From: an uncultured delta proteobacterium
GTDB lineage: Bacteria; Myxococcota; Myxococcia; Myxococcales; Anaeromyxobacteraceae
Assembly (NCBI GenBank): GCA_963828255.1
Contig: CAWHDZ010000007.1
Location: forward strand, 128,001 to 192,000
Reading direction: 5' to 3'
Length of the DNA: 64,000 nucleotides
The notes under the pieces were generated by a model. That model did no database searches. It saw nothing but the letters and a program-made list of their open reading frames with translations, and was not told the DNA's origin. The position numbers and the translations under genes were made by a program. Positions 44,064 through 53,998 of this stretch are shown piece by piece. How positions within the stretch are numbered: the first letter of the stretch is position 1; each line of letters opens with the position of its first letter.

Positions 44064-44528
44064 TCAGTGCAGGGAACCACCCGGCTTCGACGGCAGGAAC
44101 CCGTAGGGGCGCGCGTCGAGCCACCGCCACTCCGCTCCTTGCCGGCGGGCGAGGATGACCGTGTGCAGCTTCATGGTGCCGATGGTCCCGTCGGGCAAGC
44201 GCGCGCCCTTGATGGCGTGGTCCATGTCGAGCAGGGCGAGGTCGCGTCCGAGCATGCGGCCGGTCTCGATCGTGAACGTGGACGCGGTCCCTCGGAGGAA
44301 CTGGTCCACATCCTCTGCGAAGACCTTCTCCACGCCGGAGCGGCCCGTCCCCCTGTTCCCGGTCGGGCCGATCAGCGTTCCGTCGGACTCCCAGAAGGAG
44401 GCGACCTCCTTCACGTCGGCCCGGTTGAACGCGGTGTTGAACCTCTGGCATGTTTCGGCAAGGGACTGCTCGATGGTTGGCGTCGGGACCTGCGGAGTTG
44501 AACCGGACTGCGTGGACACGGTTGCCAT
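44064..44528 (-). CDS. NTF2/SnoaL-like (DUF4440-type) protein
   Basis: FNTAFNRAD..ASFWESDG..GRSGV. Confidence 0.75.
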   Translation of the reverse strand: MATVSTQSGSTPQVPTPTIEQSLAETCQRFNTAFNRADVKEVASFWESDGTLIGPTGNRGTGRSGVEKVFAEDVDQFLRGTASTFTIETGRMLGRDLALLDMDHAIKGARLPDGTIGTMKLHTVILARRQGAEWRWLDARPYGFLPSKPGGSLH

Positions 44529-44661
44529 GTGCTTCTCCTTTCCGAACGGCACGCTCCCTCCCAGGTGCGGCCAGGGCAGCAACTACCGCCGGCCGGCTCG
44601 ATCTCAAGCCGATCACGGAGCAGGACTCCGCTCTTCCGGGGCGTAATCAGCTTCTTGTCCA

Positions 44662-45903
44662 CTACAGGGCGCGCTCCGCCGCCGCGAGCCTCGACCCGAG
44701 CGCCGCCTTGAGCGCCGGGGCCACCCGCCGCCCCAGGCGTACATCGGGCGTGCCGTGCCAGCGGGCGCTGGACGTGATCGCATCGGCCAGGTCGCCGAGC
44801 AACGCCGGCCCGGCCTCCATCCCGGGCTCCAGGTGCAGCGCCTTCACCTCGAAGACGCCGCGGGCCCGGTGGGCCTTGGCGTCGAGCCGACCCACCAGTG
44901 CCCCGCGTCGCAGGACGGGCAGGGCGAAGTAGCCGTGGCGCCGCTTGCGGGCCGGAACGTAGCACTCCAGCCGGTAGTCGAAGCCGAACATGGCGAGCGC
45001 CCGCTCCCGGTCCCAGACCACCGGGTCGAATGGCGAGAGGAGCGCGGTGTGCGTGGCCTCGAGCTTCCCGTCAGCAGCGCGGCGCAGGAGCGCGGCATGG
45101 TCGCGGTGGACGAAGCCGGGCGTCTTCCAGCCCCGGACGCGGACTTCCAGCAGCCGCCCCGCCTCGACCAGCGGGCGCAGGTCCCCTCGGGTGAGCCTCG
45201 GCCGGGTGCGGAAGTAGTCATGGACCCAGCGCGCCTGCGTCACGCCGAGCGCCCGCACAGACTTCTCGATCACCGTCAGCCGCGCCTCGGCCTCGTCCGG
45301 TGGCGTCCGGCTCGCCGCGGCCGGCAGCACCCTTTCCGTGAGGTCGTAGACCCGCTGGAACTTCTCGCGCCGCGCCACCATCAACTCGCCGAGCGCCAGC
45401 CACGCCTCCAGCCACTCCTTCTCCCTCTTCCAGCCCCACCACCCGGTGTGGCGCGGCCTCTCGCTCGTGAAGTCCGAGGTCTTGACCGGCCCTCGCCGAC
45501 GGACCTCCTCGAGCAGAGCCGTCATCCCCTCCCGCTCGTCGGCGAGGGATCCCCGGGCCCGGCGGACGGCCCAGTGCTGGCTCGTCGACAGCAGACGCCG
45601 GTGCAGCCCGTGGTCCTCGACCGGCGCCAGGCACGCCTCGTGGGCCCAGGTCTCGAAGATCGCCCCCCCGGCAAGCAGCTCGTCGAGCCACTCGGGCTGG
45701 TAGTCCCCCAGCCGGGCGTGCAGGACGAGATGGTGGCTTCGGGCGACGACGTGGATGGTGTCGAGTTGCAGCAGCGCCATCCGGCGGACGGTGGCCAGCA
45801 CGTCCTTGGGTCGGGCCACCCGGGCCGGCCGCGTGAGCAGCCCCTGGGCCGCGAGGTGGATCAACCGGACCTGGGCAGCGGTGAGGGTCGGTAGGGGCGC
45901 CAT
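44662..45903 (-). CDS. YcaQ/AlkZ-family winged-helix DNA glycosylase
   Basis: LQLDTI..VARSH; LLSPFDPVVWDR; YRLECYVP. Confidence 0.88.
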   Translation of the reverse strand: MAPLPTLTAAQVRLIHLAAQGLLTRPARVARPKDVLATVRRMALLQLDTIHVVARSHHLVLHARLGDYQPEWLDELLAGGAIFETWAHEACLAPVEDHGLHRRLLSTSQHWAVRRARGSLADEREGMTALLEEVRRRGPVKTSDFTSERPRHTGWWGWKREKEWLEAWLALGELMVARREKFQRVYDLTERVLPAAASRTPPDEAEARLTVIEKSVRALGVTQARWVHDYFRTRPRLTRGDLRPLVEAGRLLEVRVRGWKTPGFVHRDHAALLRRAADGKLEATHTALLSPFDPVVWDRERALAMFGFDYRLECYVPARKRRHGYFALPVLRRGALVGRLDAKAHRARGVFEVKALHLEPGMEAGPALLGDLADAITSSARWHGTPDVRLGRRVAPALKAALGSRLAAAERAL

Positions 45904-45934
45904 GGAGCTTCGAGAACCTACACCGGGAGTCCGA

Positions 45935-46111
45935 CGGAGCCGATCGAGCTTCAGATCCGCTCGCGCCCCAGACGGACCCCCGAGATCAACCCGGCATCCT
46001 CCATCACCCCGGGTGCTTGGTCACCGCCTGGCGGGTCTCGTCGCCAAGGGCGGCGAACACCGGGGAGAACCCTTTCAGGCCGCTGGCAGCCGCGCTGGGG
46101 CTACGCGACAC
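45935..46111 (-). pseudogene. ArsR-family regulator remnant
   Basis: PVFAALGDETR joined directly to QAVTKH, then frameshifted VMEDAG and GRERI. Confidence 0.7.
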
Positions 46112-46589
46112 GGGCGAGGTACAGCTCGATCAGCTGGCTTCCCACGTCCCAGCACACGTCGTCGGCGGCAAGGGCAGCCACCCGGCGCTCGAGGGGGATC
46201 CGATCGAAGCCCGATTCGGTCACCGTCAGCAACACTCCGCCCGGGGCCTCGGCGAGGGTGAAGACGACCAGGGTGGTGGGCTCCTTCGCGTAGTCGACCC
46301 TGGGGTCGATCGCGAACGGATGCCAGCGGAAGGAGAAGAGCGTCTCCGGCTCGATCCGATCGATCGCGATCTCGATGGGCTGCCCCTCGAAGGGCTTCTG
46401 GTTCTTCGCCACCTCCAGGTGGACCTGGGTGGGCGCGAGGACGCCGCTGATCGGCTTGCCGGCCTCGAACGGCCGGTCGAACTCGAGCCCGAACCAGATC
46501 CCGAACTCCTTCGAGTCGGACAGCGCCTTCCACACCCGCGAACGCGGCGCGCGCAGCAGGATCTTCTTCTCGATGCAGTCCGTGCCCAT
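46101..46589 (-). CDS. SRPBCC/AHSA1 family protein
   Basis: IEKKILLRAPRSRVWKAL; FSFRWHP; LTVTESGF. Confidence 0.88.
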   Translation of the reverse strand: MGTDCIEKKILLRAPRSRVWKALSDSKEFGIWFGLEFDRPFEAGKPISGVLAPTQVHLEVAKNQKPFEGQPIEIAIDRIEPETLFSFRWHPFAIDPRVDYAKEPTTLVVFTLAEAPGGVLLTVTESGFDRIPLERRVAALAADDVCWDVGSQLIELYLARVA

Positions 46590-46611
46590 GCGCAACCTCC
46601 AGGGTGCATGT

Positions 46612-48093
46612 TTAGCCTGTGAGGGAACCCTCCGGACCTTCGTCCACGAACACCAGCACCGGTTCGATGAGGCTCACCAGGCGCTCCTGGGTCGATGCCG
46701 GTGGATCCCGGTGAGCCTTGCGAATGTCCTGGAATGTCCGGTTGAAGTCCCGTCGCCGTTCGCGAGCGAGAGCAAGGGCCGGGTGCTCACGCGGACTGCC
46801 ACCTTCCACTCGAACGCTTCCTCGCGTTGCGTGGGAACGGCGGACGACGGACTCGAAATGGAGCAGGGCCCGGTCGAGGAGGATCCAGGGGAAGTTCTCC
46901 CCGATGTGGGGGCCGATCACGAAGCGTGGCGCCTGGGGATCTCCAGAGAGCTTCTCCCACAGCCGCTTCCCGGTGCCCATGACGCCCCCGTCGTGTGCAC
47001 GAATGCGCGGGCGTGCAATTCGAATTGCCGCAGCGCCGCCCCCGAGAATTCCACCGATCGCCGCCGCACCTCCCAGGCTGTGACCGCCGACCGCGACGTC
47101 CACCACGGCTCCCGTGGCGGCCCCGCCCGCAGCGCCGAGCATGACGAGTTGCTGGGGAGACAACCCCAGCTCCTTCCAGACGTTCTCGGCGAATAGATCC
47201 TGCTCGTAGGTTGGCTTCTCGATCTCCTCGGAGTGGAACTCGCCGGGCTTGAACCCGTAAAGGCGTTCGATCGTCGCTTGAGATTGCCTCTCCCGATCCC
47301 GGAGGGCCTCATGAAACCGGGCCTCCAGCGCTTCGCGCATGGCGTCGAGTGACTTCTCATCCTTCGCCACGATCTCATCGGCATACGTGAGGTTCTCGAG
47401 CAGCATGCGAGCGACGGCCACGGCAGCGTCATGCCTGCGCAGCCGGCGCTCTTCGCCGATCGCCTCGCGAAATGACCGGGCGGCGCTGGCCAGGTCGGGA
47501 TGGAGGAGACCGATCGCTTCGATCAAGTCCAGGCGTTCTTCGGTCGAGGCCCTGTGCGATCCGAAGCGCCGCACGACGGGAAAGTACCTGCGCAACGCCG
47601 CTTCCCATTCGGATGAATGGTCCGGCCCTGTGCTCGTGGTCCGGTTGACGACGGCGAGGCCAGGGCGGCCGACCCACCGAAGCAGCGCCATCTCCGCTTC
47701 GGCGTTGGGGCGGAAGGGGCGCGAACCGTCCACGACCAGGACGAACCACCCCTCCGATGCCAGGACGGAAAGCGCCAGGACCTCTTCCCGGAACTCCTCT
47801 CCGCTCGCGAATTGCTTCAGGAAGGCGGAAAGGCCTTGCGCAGGGTCGGACGGGTCGGTGGAGAGGTGCTCGCTGGCGACTTGCAGTGCCCGGGAGGCTT
47901 CCTGCAACCCCGGAGTGTCCAGCAGACGGAGGTGCACCCTGCCCCCCGCCTCGATGCCGACCTCTCGCGGTTCAGTCGTGGTGAACGGGCGCGCATCCAC
48001 TTCAACGTCGGCAACGGCGGCAAGTGCGGCCACGACGCTCGACTTGCCAACGTTCGGTCGCCCGAGGACGACGACGAGAGGAGCACTGCTCAT
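46612..48093 (-). CDS. Era-like GTPase with DUF3482
   Basis: GRPNVGKSS, FTT, DTPG, VVNR; GAATGAVVDVAVGGHSLG. Confidence 0.8.
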   Translation of the reverse strand: MSSAPLVVVLGRPNVGKSSVVAALAAVADVEVDARPFTTTEPREVGIEAGGRVHLRLLDTPGLQEASRALQVASEHLSTDPSDPAQGLSAFLKQFASGEEFREEVLALSVLASEGWFVLVVDGSRPFRPNAEAEMALLRWVGRPGLAVVNRTTSTGPDHSSEWEAALRRYFPVVRRFGSHRASTEERLDLIEAIGLLHPDLASAARSFREAIGEERRLRRHDAAVAVARMLLENLTYADEIVAKDEKSLDAMREALEARFHEALRDRERQSQATIERLYGFKPGEFHSEEIEKPTYEQDLFAENVWKELGLSPQQLVMLGAAGGAATGAVVDVAVGGHSLGGAAAIGGILGGGAAAIRIARPRIRAHDGGVMGTGKRLWEKLSGDPQAPRFVIGPHIGENFPWILLDRALLHFESVVRRSHATRGSVRVEGGSPREHPALALARERRRDFNRTFQDIRKAHRDPPASTQERLVSLIEPVLVFVDEGPEGSLTG

Positions 48094-49526
48094 GGCAGGA
48101 CCTCCAGGGGCTCCGCCCTGATGTACGGGTCCCCCAGCCTTCGCACGAAGTCATTCCAGAGTGCGACGTCTTCGGAACGTGGCGATCCCGGGCCGGACTC
48201 CGTCACCGAGGCCAGAAGAACCCGAATGTCGGTCGTGGGACTGGTCGCTGCCCTTGCGGCGAGGAGAAACCGGGCCAGCGCCCTGTCGGGAGGCTCGAAG
48301 ACCTCGGCGAGCAGGATGAGGGGGCGGTGCTCGGGCCTGCCTCCAAGGACCAGGTCGGCGCCGCCCTCATATGGGAACGCGCCAGCCGACAGCGTTCGGT
48401 GAATCGAGAGCCCGAGTGCGCGGCGAAGCCAGAGCTCGACCTCCTGCGTGCTGACTGCATCCCGCCAGCGCACCAGGTCGCACGTGGCTTCCAAGGGAAC
48501 GCTCGCCGAGCCGTCGTCCACCAGACCCAGGAGCCTGCGCAGCGTGCTCTTGGAGTCCGGGTCGTCAAAGGGAAGGCGAGCGAGTCGCCACCGGAACTGA
48601 CCGACTGCAGTGCCTAGGGCAAGGAGTCTTGGAAGGAGGCCGTACGTCACGAGCGCCGCGAGCAGGAAGGACCACCAACCCCCCGGGAGTTCGGGATGCA
48701 CTCCCCGGAGGTCAGCTGGAGCGACGTATTCCCCCGCCAGCCGCGAATACTGAGTGGCCTGGACCAGGAACAGGGACGGCGCCGCCTCGGGAACGATGCT
48801 CGACCATGGAAGGGCCAGGGCAGAGGTGATCCTGTGAAATCGTTCTGGAGAGAGCCAGGGGAGGGTGGTGCTCCAGTAGAAGGCGATGTCGGTGAAGAGC
48901 AGGTAGCCCAGTGCCCCGGAGACGGCCCCAAGGTTGAATGCGACCCCGAAGCTCTGGGTCAACTCGAGAAGGAGCCACGGCTGCAGGTGCGAATAGAGGC
49001 TTCGCCTCACGTGCAGGCGGCCAGCGAGCGCTTCCCACTGCCGGAGGATGCGACCTCGCCGAGTCGTCCACCCTGCCACCCTGCGAACAAGGGCAGCGAC
49101 GACCGCGAGGAACGGTCCCAGGTCGGTCTTGCCCCTTCCGATGCCCAGGACGACGGACGCCAGGAGCACGCCGAGCAGGATTGCTTGAGCGACGACGAAG
49201 ACGAGCAGGAAGTGCCAGACGTTGACGGGGCGACTGCCGTCGATGCCAAGCACGGCTGCAATGCTTCCCCACCCCAGGACCAGACCGACCAGGATCGCTC
49301 CGAACCGCACCAGCCGCACGGCCACCTCGACCTGGTGCCCCGGGAACGGGTCGGACCCCTGGGCGCGAAGTTGATCGAGCCAAGCGACGACGAGGCGGGC
49401 GGGACTTCCAGGAACCGTCGTGATGGATTGAAGGAGTTGCTTGTCCCTGGAGGCGAGTTGCTGCGTCGGACGAATCGTGTCCCGCGAGAGCTGGGTCTCG
49501 AAGTCTATGACATCGCGAAGTCTCAT
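48090..49526 (-). CDS. DUF2868 membrane protein
   Basis: PVNVWHF; DIAFYWSTTL; WWSFLLAALVTYGLLPR. Confidence 0.8.
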   Translation of the reverse strand: MRLRDVIDFETQLSRDTIRPTQQLASRDKQLLQSITTVPGSPARLVVAWLDQLRAQGSDPFPGHQVEVAVRLVRFGAILVGLVLGWGSIAAVLGIDGSRPVNVWHFLLVFVVAQAILLGVLLASVVLGIGRGKTDLGPFLAVVAALVRRVAGWTTRRGRILRQWEALAGRLHVRRSLYSHLQPWLLLELTQSFGVAFNLGAVSGALGYLLFTDIAFYWSTTLPWLSPERFHRITSALALPWSSIVPEAAPSLFLVQATQYSRLAGEYVAPADLRGVHPELPGGWWSFLLAALVTYGLLPRLLALGTAVGQFRWRLARLPFDDPDSKSTLRRLLGLVDDGSASVPLEATCDLVRWRDAVSTQEVELWLRRALGLSIHRTLSAGAFPYEGGADLVLGGRPEHRPLILLAEVFEPPDRALARFLLAARAATSPTTDIRVLLASVTESGPGSPRSEDVALWNDFVRRLGDPYIRAEPLEVLP

Positions 49527-49607
49527 CGGGGCGTCAGCGCAGCGACGGCGATCTTCTCGACGGCTGTTGACGCCCCCGGAACTTGCCAACATTCCTGGGG
49601 GACTTGA

Positions 49608-49951
49608 TGGAGGCGCGGGGAATCGAACCCCGGTCCGAAAGACTTCGTGCGACTGGCCCTACGCGCGTGTCCCGGAGAATTTACGTGATCGGCAACCTCC
49701 GGGCCTGCAACCGATCACGTTCTCGCCCTTACGTCTCGACCTGATCTAGGCGGCTCGCTTCCCGCTCAGGTCCAACCGGAGCTGACACCTGACCCCGCTA
49801 CCCGGTGCTCACGGGGGGATGCGCGGCACTTAGGCCGCGAGAGCCATGGGCTCGTTCGCGTTTCTGCGTGGTCGCCTTTTTACGTGGCCTGGTGACCAAC
49901 CACGGCGCGCGCCATGCGCCTTCTGTCCTCCGTCGAAGCCAGTTCGCCCCC
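49608..49951 (-). ncRNA. ssrA: tmRNA; tag reading frame ANEPMALAA at 49859-49830
   Basis: 5' GGGGGCG pairs with 3' CGCCTCC-A with G3.U; T-arm GGTTCGATTCC; tag ends ALAA-TAA; CCA not encoded. Confidence 0.95.
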
Positions 49952-50058
49952 GATTGAACGACCTGCTCCGTGGAATATAGGCCCGGGGCGGACACGGTCA
50001 AGCCGGGCGGGCGAATGACACCGCCGGGACGGGCCTGTTAGCGTCTCGAGGGCACGCC

Positions 50059-50847
50059 ATGACCCCGTTCCGCATCGCGCTCGCGAATCTCCCCTATCCC
50101 TCGTCGCCCGCCGATTCGGTGGTGCGCGCCGAGGAGGCCATCGCCCAGGCGGCCGTGGAGGGGGCAGGCATGGTCTGCTTCCCGGAATGCTTCATTCCGG
50201 GTTACCGCTGGCCGGGGAAGACCGTACCACCGCACGACCCCGCCTTCCTGGAACGGGCGTGGGCCGCCGTGTCCGCCGCGGCGAGGCGGGCACGGGTCGG
50301 AGTCATCCTGGGGACCGAGCGGCAGGTCGGCGACGCGCTCCGGATCACGGCCATGGTCGTCGATCCCGATGGCGCGCTCCTGGGGTGGCAGGACAAGGTG
50401 CAACTCGATCCTTCCGAGGAGGGCATGTTCTCTCCCGGGACGGAGAGGAGGGTCTTCCAGGTTGGACCGTTGACCTTTGGCGTGGCCATCTGCCACGAGG
50501 GCTGGCGCTACCCGGAGACGGTCCGCTGGGCTGCCCGTCGCGGGGCACACGTGGTGTTCCATCCCCACTTCGGCGAGGCCGAGCCCGGAACGTACCGGCC
50601 GACGACCTTCGCCGATCCCGCCAACACCTTTCACGAGAAGGCCATCGCCTGCCGCGCCGCCGAGAACACCTGCTACGTCGCGTCGGTGAACTGTTCGAGC
50701 GAGGGATCTCCGACGACGTCGGCGGTGGCACGCCCGGACGGTTCGGTGCTGGCGTGGCAGCCCTACGGGAAGGCCGGGTTGCTCGTCGTCGATCTCGATC
50801 TCGACGACGCGACCGGGTTCCTCGCACGGCGCTGCCGGGAGCAGTGA
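50059..50847 (+). CDS. Carbon-nitrogen hydrolase family
   Basis: E-K-C triad: FPEC, QDKV, ICHEG. Confidence 0.9.
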   Translation: MTPFRIALANLPYPSSPADSVVRAEEAIAQAAVEGAGMVCFPECFIPGYRWPGKTVPPHDPAFLERAWAAVSAAARRARVGVILGTERQVGDALRITAMVVDPDGALLGWQDKVQLDPSEEGMFSPGTERRVFQVGPLTFGVAICHEGWRYPETVRWAARRGAHVVFHPHFGEAEPGTYRPTTFADPANTFHEKAIACRAAENTCYVASVNCSSEGSPTTSAVARPDGSVLAWQPYGKAGLLVVDLDLDDATGFLARRCREQ

Positions 50848-51095
50848 CCCAGACGCGGGCGATGGTCCGCGCCGCGGACCATCGGCCAGATGGGGCGTAG
50901 GGTTGACACGCATTTCGCGATGTCACGCTCCGGCGAACGAGGTGCGCGAGGAAGGCATCCGTCGCTGCCGCATCGGGCCGTGGTGCGGCGATCGATATTC
51001 CCGGCGAGGTTCGAAGATCTCCGCGGGAGAAGTCGCGTCAGCGGCGGTCCTCGTGCGTTTGGCGAGGGCGGAATTTCCCGTGAGACAGTGGATCC

Positions 51096-52241
51096 ATGAA
51101 CGACACGATCCTGTCCTCGGCCCGCGAGTCCTCCCGCAACCTCTCCACCCTGCTCCGCCACGAGCAGGGCGCGATGGCCGACTTTCTCGTGGCCCTCGCA
51201 GACTTCGACCGTCGGGCGCTTTGGCGAGCGCTCGGCCACTCCTGCCTTTTCTACTACCTGCAGCGCGAGCTGCGCCTCTCCGACGGGGCGGCGCACTTCC
51301 GCAAGGTCGCGGCCAGGCTCATCCAGCGCTTCCCCGAGGTGGTCGAGCCGCTCCGCGAGGGCAAGCTCTGCCTCACGAGCATCGTCGAGCTAGCCCGGGT
51401 GATGACCCCGGAGAACCGGGTGGAGACCCTGCCCCAGTTCTTCCACGTGTCGAAGCGGCAGGCGAAGGCGGTGGCGGCGGCGATCTTGCCGGCGGCGGTG
51501 GTCCCGAGGCGGGAGGTGGTCACCCAGGTGGCGAAGGTGGTGCGTCCGGTGGTGCATCCTGATCTGCTTCGGGCCGACTTTCGTCCGGACGAAACTCTCC
51601 CGAGCCGCCCGGAGCCGGAGGCGCGCCCGGCGCTGCCGATGAGGGTCGAGCCGCTGACGGCCACCGAGAGCCGCATCCACCTGACCGTGTCGAACCAGTT
51701 CCTGGAGAAGCTCGAGGCCGCCCGGCGGGGGCAGGGGCACGTGCAGCCGGGCGCGACGAAGGAACAGGCGATCGAGGCGGCGCTGGATCTGCTGCTGGAG
51801 AAGCAGGCCAGCCGCCGGGCGGAGGTGAAGAGGCCGCAGAAGAACCCTCGCCCAGCGACGCCCGACCACGTGACCGCGGCGGTGAAGCGTGCGGTCTGGG
51901 CGCGGGACGAGGGGAAGTGCCAGTGGAAGCTGGATTCGGGTGGCGTCTGCGGGTCGGAGGTGAGGTTGGAGATCGACCACGTGGTTCCGCGCGGGAAGGG
52001 AGGTCCCTCCACGGTGGAGAACTGCAGGATCCTGTGCAGATTCCATAATCTGGAAGCGGCGCGGGGAGTGTACGGCGACGAGGTGATGGACCGGTACACG
52101 AGGAATCCGGTCGCGCGCGAGACCTGCGCCGTCTACTGCGTAGACGTCGCTGTGGCCCCCGCCCTCGCCGCCGCATCCGCCGGGTCGATCGCCAGCGCCG
52201 CCTGGAACGCCGCCCGCGCCTCGTCGCCACGCCCAGCTTGA
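51096..52241 (+). CDS. HNH endonuclease with DUF222-like helical N-terminus
   Basis: VWARDEGKCQ...C...LEIDHVVPRGKGG..N..ILCRFHN. Confidence 0.85.
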   Translation: MNDTILSSARESSRNLSTLLRHEQGAMADFLVALADFDRRALWRALGHSCLFYYLQRELRLSDGAAHFRKVAARLIQRFPEVVEPLREGKLCLTSIVELARVMTPENRVETLPQFFHVSKRQAKAVAAAILPAAVVPRREVVTQVAKVVRPVVHPDLLRADFRPDETLPSRPEPEARPALPMRVEPLTATESRIHLTVSNQFLEKLEAARRGQGHVQPGATKEQAIEAALDLLLEKQASRRAEVKRPQKNPRPATPDHVTAAVKRAVWARDEGKCQWKLDSGGVCGSEVRLEIDHVVPRGKGGPSTVENCRILCRFHNLEAARGVYGDEVMDRYTRNPVARETCAVYCVDVAVAPALAAASAGSIASAAWNAARASSPRPA

Positions 52242-52381
52242 GCAGGCTCAGAGGGGGAGTACTACTGCGTAGACGTCGCTGTGGCCCCCGCCCTCGCCGC
52301 CGCATCCGCCGGGTCGATCGCCAGCGCCGCCTGGAACGCCGCCCGCGCCTCGTCGCCACGCCCCAGCTTGAGCAGGCTCAG
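52133..52381. repeat. 119/120-bp direct duplication with a 10-bp spacer
   Basis: 52133-52251 vs 52262-52381, identical except for one C indel; spacer AGGGGGAGTA. Confidence 0.92.
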
Positions 52382-53998
52382 CCCCAGCGCCGTGGCGAGC
52401 CGCGCCTGCTCCGGCGCGATCCGGCGCGCGGCGTTCAGCGTGACGACCGCGCCCGCGTGATCGCCCTGGTCCGCCTGGAACCGCGCGTAGAAGTAGAGCG
52501 GGTCGGCCTCGCGGGGGGCGATGCGGATGGCATCCAGGTAGGCGGCGCGGGCGCGCTCCGGCCGCCCGAGCCCCTGCTCGGCGATTCCCAGGTTCACGTG
52601 GGCGCGCCAGTACCGGGGCGCCACGCGGACAGCCGTCTCGAGCGGCGGGACGGCCTTCCCGTACTCTCCGCGGGCCGAGTAGGCCACCGCCAGGTTGTTG
52701 TTCACCACCACGTCCCTCGGCGCCTTCTCGATCTCCGACTCCCAGAGCGCGAGGTCGCTCGACCAGTCGGCGGCGCGGACCGCGGACCGGACCCCCAGCA
52801 CGGCGACCAGCGCGACCACCGCCACCACCACGAGCGGCGTCCGCCGGAGCGATCCGACGAGCGCCCCGGCGGCGATGCAGAAGCCCGCCGACGGCAGGTA
52901 GGTGAGCCGCTCGGCCATGAGCACGCCGATGGGGAAGATGTGGAGCACGGGGAGCAGCGCGCCGAATGTCCAGAGGATGCCGGCCGACGGGAGGGGGAAG
53001 CGGCGGAGCAGCGCCAGCGCACCCACGACGAGCGGCAGCCAGGCCAGCATCGAGAGGAACAGGTCCGCCCCGGGCCGGGTGACGTGCTGCACCCGCGCCG
53101 CGTAGGCGAAGTCCGTTCCCAGGAACCCCGGGAAGGAGAGCAGCCTGACGTACTCGGCCAGGATGCGACTCGTGGTGTACGTCACCGTGGAGCGCGGGAC
53201 GCCGGCGAGCCACTGCGCCTCCAGCGGAACGCCTCGCGGAAGGCCCCGGGCCAGGAGGTAGGGAACGAGCGAGAGCAGGAGCACCCCGGAGATGGCCACC
53301 ACGCGCAAGAGCGCGCGTCGCGACTTCCCGTCGGCGAGCCCCGGCCCGTCCACGATGCCCGCCGCGCCCGGGACGGCCACCGCCACGATGCCGTAGAGGA
53401 GCGGGAAGACCGCCGCTCCCTCGTTGGCCAGGATGGCCACGGCGCCCAGCCCCACCGAGGCGGCCAGCCGTCCCAGGCTCCGGGCCGCCCCGCGCCCCGA
53501 GAAGGCCACCAGCATGGCGGCCAGGACGAGGGTGGTGGAGAGCAGTTCCTTGCGCCCGACGATGGGTGCGATGGCCTCGACGTGGGCGGGGTGCACCGCG
53601 AAGAGCAGGCCGGCCACCAGCGCCACCCAGGGCGCCCGGTCGGGCATGGTCGCCTCGGCGAGCCTCCGCGCCAGCGACAGCACGAGCAGTGAAGCCGCCA
53701 CGTGGAGCAGGAGATTCACCAGGTGGTAGCCGAAGGGGGAGCGGCCGTGCACCGCGTAGTTGACCGCGAAGCTGAGCGTCGTCACCGGGCGGAAGAGGCC
53801 TCCCGTGGTCCCCGGGCCGCCGTAGTTGTAGGGCGAGGTGAGGATGCGCCCCGCGTTCCCGATCCCGCCCTGCACGAGCGGGTTCTCCACCACCGCCCAG
53901 CCGTCGTCGAGCACCGGGGGGTTGGGAAGCGTCTGCGCGAAGGGCAGGACCGCCACGATCGCCACCAGGATCCAGGACCGGCGCAGGAGGCCGCTCAT
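52262..53998 (-). CDS. TMTC-like GT-C glycosyltransferase with TPRs
   Basis: LDD, FRPVT, YHLVNLLLH, FAVHPAHVEAI, AERLTYLP, C-terminal TPRs. Confidence 0.85.
   Translation of the reverse strand: MSGLLRRSWILVAIVAVLPFAQTLPNPPVLDDGWAVVENPLVQGGIGNAGRILTSPYNYGGPGTTGGLFRPVTTLSFAVNYAVHGRSPFGYHLVNLLLHVAASLLVLSLARRLAEATMPDRAPWVALVAGLLFAVHPAHVEAIAPIVGRKELLSTTLVLAAMLVAFSGRGAARSLGRLAASVGLGAVAILANEGAAVFPLLYGIVAVAVPGAAGIVDGPGLADGKSRRALLRVVAISGVLLLSLVPYLLARGLPRGVPLEAQWLAGVPRSTVTYTTSRILAEYVRLLSFPGFLGTDFAYAARVQHVTRPGADLFLSMLAWLPLVVGALALLRRFPLPSAGILWTFGALLPVLHIFPIGVLMAERLTYLPSAGFCIAAGALVGSLRRTPLVVVAVVALVAVLGVRSAVRAADWSSDLALWESEIEKAPRDVVVNNNLAVAYSARGEYGKAVPPLETAVRVAPRYWRAHVNLGIAEQGLGRPERARAAYLDAIRIAPREADPLYFYARFQADQGDHAGAVVTLNAARRIAPEQARLATALGLSLLKLGRGDEARAAFQAALAIDPADAAARAGATATSTQ

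Noticed and set aside
49590..49640. tRNA gene or prophage att site
   Set aside because: It is the tRNA-like 3' end of tmRNA; no second copy or integrase was seen
52133..52381. Duplication as a CRISPR array or DGR template/variable repeat
   Set aside because: Only two long copies, no adenine-specific mismatches, and no cas or reverse transcriptase gene in the window
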